From: an uncultured Gemmatimonadales bacterium | GTDB taxonomy: Bacteria > Gemmatimonadota > Gemmatimonadetes > Longimicrobiales > Longimicrobiaceae | NCBI GenBank assembly: GCA_963716255.1 | Contig: OY970303.1 | Span: forward strand, 5,760,001 to 5,824,000 | Direction: 5' to 3' | Length of the DNA: 64,000 nt | In this document: positions 62,701 through 64,000 of the stretch, piece after piece | Layout of the letters: the number at the start of each line of letters is the position of its first letter | How positions within the stretch are numbered: the first letter of the stretch is position 1 | Translations under genes and position numbers: made by a program | Notes under the pieces: model-generated | Databases searched by the model: none | Told to the model about the DNA's origin: nothing | The model's input: only the letters and a program-made list of their open reading frames with translations

Positions 62701-64000
62701 GCGCGGGGCTGGCGCGCGGCTACGCCGGGCGACCGGGGCTCACCGCGGAGCGCTGGGTGCCCGACGCGCTCTCGGGCGAGGCCGGCGCGCGCCTGTACCG
62801 CACCGGAGACCGGGTGCGCTGGCTGGCTCCGGGCGCGCTGGAGTGGCTGGGACGCACGGACGAGCAGGTCAAGCTCCGCGGCTTCCGGGTGGAGCCCGGC
62901 GAGGTGGAGGCGGCGCTTCTCGCGCACCCCGCCGTGCGCGAGGCGGCGGTCGCCGTGCGCGGCGAGGGCGGCGACGCGCGGCTGGTGGGGTGGATCGTCC
63001 CCGCCGGCGCGTCCTTCGATCCGGATGACGTCCGCCGCCACCTGGGCGAGCGGCTCCCGGCGCACATGGCGCCGTCCGCGCTGGTGGTGCTGGACGCACT
63101 CCCGCGCACCCCCGGCGGCAAGCTGGACCGCCGCGCCCTCCCCGCGCCCGACGCGTCCGGGCCCGCCGGCGCCGACGCCGCGCACCGGCCTCGCGGCGTG
63201 GAGGAGGAGGTCCTCGCCGGGATCTGGGCGACGGTGCTGGGCGTGGAGCCGGGCGCGCGCGACGACTTCTTCGCGCTCGGCGGGCACTCGCTGCTGGCCG
63301 CGCGGGTGGTCGCGCGCGTGCGGCAGGCGCTCGGGGTGGAAGTGCCGCTGCGCGCCGTGTTCGACGCACCCACGCTAAAAGGGCTGGCCGCCGTCGTCGC
63401 CGGGCGCCGCCGGGCCGGGGGCGCGGCGCTCCCGCCGCTCCGCCGCGTCCCGCGCGACGACCGCGGCGCGCTCCCGCTGTCGTTCGCGCAGGAGCGGCTG
63501 TGGGTGATCGACCGCATGGAGCCCGGGAGCGCCGCCTACAACATCCCCGCCGCGCTCCGCCTGTCGGGGCGGCTGGACGTCGCGGCGCTGGAGCACGCGC
63601 TGTCGGAGGTCGTCCGGCGGCACGAGGCGCTGCGCACCACGCTCGCGGAGCGCGGCGGCCGCCCGGTGCAGGTCGTCCACCCCGCGGCTCCCGTCGTCCT
63701 GCCGGTCGCGGACCTGTCGGCGCTCCCGGACGCGGAGCGCGGGGCCGCCCTGCGCCGCCTCGCCGCGGAGGAGGCCGCGCGCCCCTTCGACCTGGCCGCC
63801 GGGCCGCTGCTGCGCGTCGCGCTCCTCCGGCTCGGCGGCGAGGAGCACGTCCTGCTGCTGACCGTTCACCACGCCGTGGGCGACGCGTGGAGCACGTCCG
63901 TGCTGCTGGGCGACCTGGCGGCCGCGTACGGCGGGGCCGCGCTCCCGGATCTCCCGGTGCAGTACGCCGACTTCGCCGCGTGGCAGCGCGCCTGGCTCAC
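56796..64000 (+). CDS. NRPS, 3'-truncated: C-A-PCP-C-A-PCP-C(partial)
   Basis: Absent from the ORF track because it has no stop in the window. ATG 56796 after GGAG; docking helix [11 protein letters not shown]; frame confirmed at 58839, 61920 and 63960. HHVASDG, HHVAGDA, HHAVGDA motifs. Codes DLFNCALTYK (Ala-like) and DAWQFGLIDK (Gln). Confidence 0.93.
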   Translation, partial: MGANEGPGRAVAVSAAKRALLEKRMRGGFAAAAERRSIPRRPQDGPAPLSFAQRRLWFLEQMEPGTPLHNLPGAFRLRRALDPAVLRRAATEVVRRHDALRAVFTAEGGEPVQTVAPARAVPVPVVDLSRLDEEARGAEAVRRIRFEGALPFDLGSGLLARVSVLRLGAEDHVVLVTHHHVASDGWSMSLFVGEMLEAYRALLAGAVPALPELPVRFADFAAWQRDELGGDLPAGDLAWWRDHLAGAPSLLEIPTDRPRSAAQGTAGALHAFDLPAELLEAVQALARAEGATPFMVLLAAFATLLSRWSGQEDVVVGSPIAGRTRAETERLVGFFANTLPLRTDLSGDPTFRDLLRRVREATLGAYARQEVPFERIVETLRVERSLAHAPVFQVMFTLQNNPGIVEVAGFRLEPADAGSGTAKFDLTLGLEERAGRLVGIVEYATALFDAETVARMVEQFRTLLEGIVADPSCRVAELPLLGPGERSVLLCDWSGTDAAAADDACLHERFEAQARRTPDAVALVAGRERVTYAALDARASAVAAELRARGVGPETRVGVCTGRGAEMVAATLGVLKAGGAYVPLDPRYPRERLAFVLEDAAVSVVVASEAAVGALPEFGGEIVACDGTPLPPAPSPARGEGEHDNAARQEACPQNWGRVASLSEPGGSDPADASTVSVHPANLAYLIYTSGSTGRPKGVQIEHRSAVALLRWADEVFADDVLGGVLASTSLSFDLSVFELFLPLGRGGTVVLAEDALALATLPAREEVTLLNTVPSAAAALVRAGAVPASVRVVCLAGEALKRGLVDELYGLPQVEAVYNLYGPSEDTTYSTWARVPRTEGRDPAIGRAVAGTRAYVLDGRMEPAPAGVPGELYLGGAGVARGYLGRPDATAGAFVPDPFGRAAGGRLYRTGDRARWLASGELEFLGRLDHQVKVRGFRVEPGEVEGALLAHPAVRECVVVAREEAPGGARLVAYVVAGEGAPEPDAAELRRHLRATLPEHMVPALFVALAALPRTPNGKLDRGALPAPEAGSTSAEHVPPRGATEAAVAAAWSELLRADAVGARDNFFELGGHSLLATQVVARLRDRLGVELPLRAVFEAPTVAELAARVDSLRGGAGEDAGARIPALAGPRRFPLSFSQERLWFLHRMDPASPVYNIPVVLRLSGRLDAGALERALSALVRRHETLRTVFAEADGVAVQVVQGAADVPLPLADLSALGRERAEAGAARLAAAEAARPFDLAAGPVFRAALLRLAADEHLLLLTLHHVAGDAWSVGILLGELAAAYRGAPVAVLPVQYGDFAAWQRGRLSGEVLDAQLAWWRGHLAGAPAALDLPTDRPRPREQSHRGASHAFAVPAEVAAAVHALARREGATPFMVLLAAWQTLLARWSGQDDVVVGTPIAGRTRAETEGLVGFFVNTLALRTELSGRPSFREVVARAREAALGAYAHQELPFERLVEALGAERDAGRNPVFQAMLALQNTPGGTEMEMGGVRARVEEPGSATSKFDLTLAMVERDGRLDAVLEYAVDLFDRATVERMAAQLVVLLRSAAADPGRPAAGLAILPPEERRRVVEAWNDTAAAFPPAPVHALVAEQAARTPDAVAVVAAGASLTYAGLSARADALAAELRALGAGPEARVGICMERSAEMVVALLAVLRAGAAYVPLDPEYPAERLAYMLADSGAGVLLTQERLRGTLPEFGGVMVVCDGTPFPPAPSPARGEGENDTAELQGQEALPQNWGVASLSEPGGGAAADASVVSVDPDNAAYVIYTSGSTGRPKGVVVPHGALANHVRWMQRDLPLSAGDRVLQKTPFSFDASVWEFWAPLVAGGTLVMAEPGAHREPARLVRALAGERITVAQFVPSLLSAVLEEDARAWTTARRVFCGGEALPAELAARARATLGAEVVNLYGPTEACIDATFAVASGTSSGPGATVPIGRAVANARAFVLGPEGEPAPVGVPGELYLGGAGLARGYAGRPGLTAERWVPDALSGEAGARLYRTGDRVRWLAPGALEWLGRTDEQVKLRGFRVEPGEVEAALLAHPAVREAAVAVRGEGGDARLVGWIVPAGASFDPDDVRRHLGERLPAHMAPSALVVLDALPRTPGGKLDRRALPAPDASGPAGADAAHRPRGVEEEVLAGIWATVLGVEPGARDDFFALGGHSLLAARVVARVRQALGVEVPLRAVFDAPTLKGLAAVVAGRRRAGGAALPPLRRVPRDDRGALPLSFAQERLWVIDRMEPGSAAYNIPAALRLSGRLDVAALEHALSEVVRRHEALRTTLAERGGRPVQVVHPAAPVVLPVADLSALPDAERGAALRRLAAEEAARPFDLAAGPLLRVALLRLGGEEHVLLLTVHHAVGDAWSTSVLLGDLAAAYGGAALPDLPVQYADFAAWQRAWL
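58677..58820 (+). repeat. Palindromic repeat inserted in frame in an A domain (copy C)
   Basis: Translates as [48 protein letters not shown]. Confidence 0.85.
61926..62072 (+). repeat. Palindromic repeat inserted in frame in an A domain (copy D)
   Basis: Translates as [48 protein letters not shown]; has a clean 3-nt deletion relative to copies A and C. Confidence 0.85.

Overview
Very GC-rich bacterial DNA occupied almost entirely by one secondary-metabolite supercluster. The overall style suggests Gemmatimonadota (Longimicrobium-like), but that is an unverified impression. In order: the end of an NRPS line (partial C-A-PCP, then C-A-PCP-TE); an MFS exporter; a regulatory/accessory island (two paralogous AraC regulators, a small lipoprotein-like peptide facing a TPR protein, MbtH, type II thioesterase, Sfp PPTase, YceI); a second NRPS/PKS line (A-PCP-C-A-PCP; three C-A-PCP modules; KS-AT-inactive KR-ACP); a four-gene FkbH/Zma-type hydroxymalonyl-ACP cassette; a three-module NRPS with a PRMT-like methyltransferase inside an A domain; and an NRPS running off the window end. 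The ORF track misses several things read directly from the DNA. (1) A tandem array of eight ~52-58 aa class I lanthipeptide precursor genes (LxLxRx5L leader, two core families) with its own candidate promoter, followed by lanC-lanB, sits between two NRPS genes. (2) Five copies of a ~130-nt intergenic element have stems that covary while the loops stay nearly fixed, as expected of a conserved structured RNA or ssDNA. (3) A GC palindromic repeat is inserted in frame into the same loop of four NRPS adenylation domains. All domain and specificity calls are by-eye motif readings, not database results.
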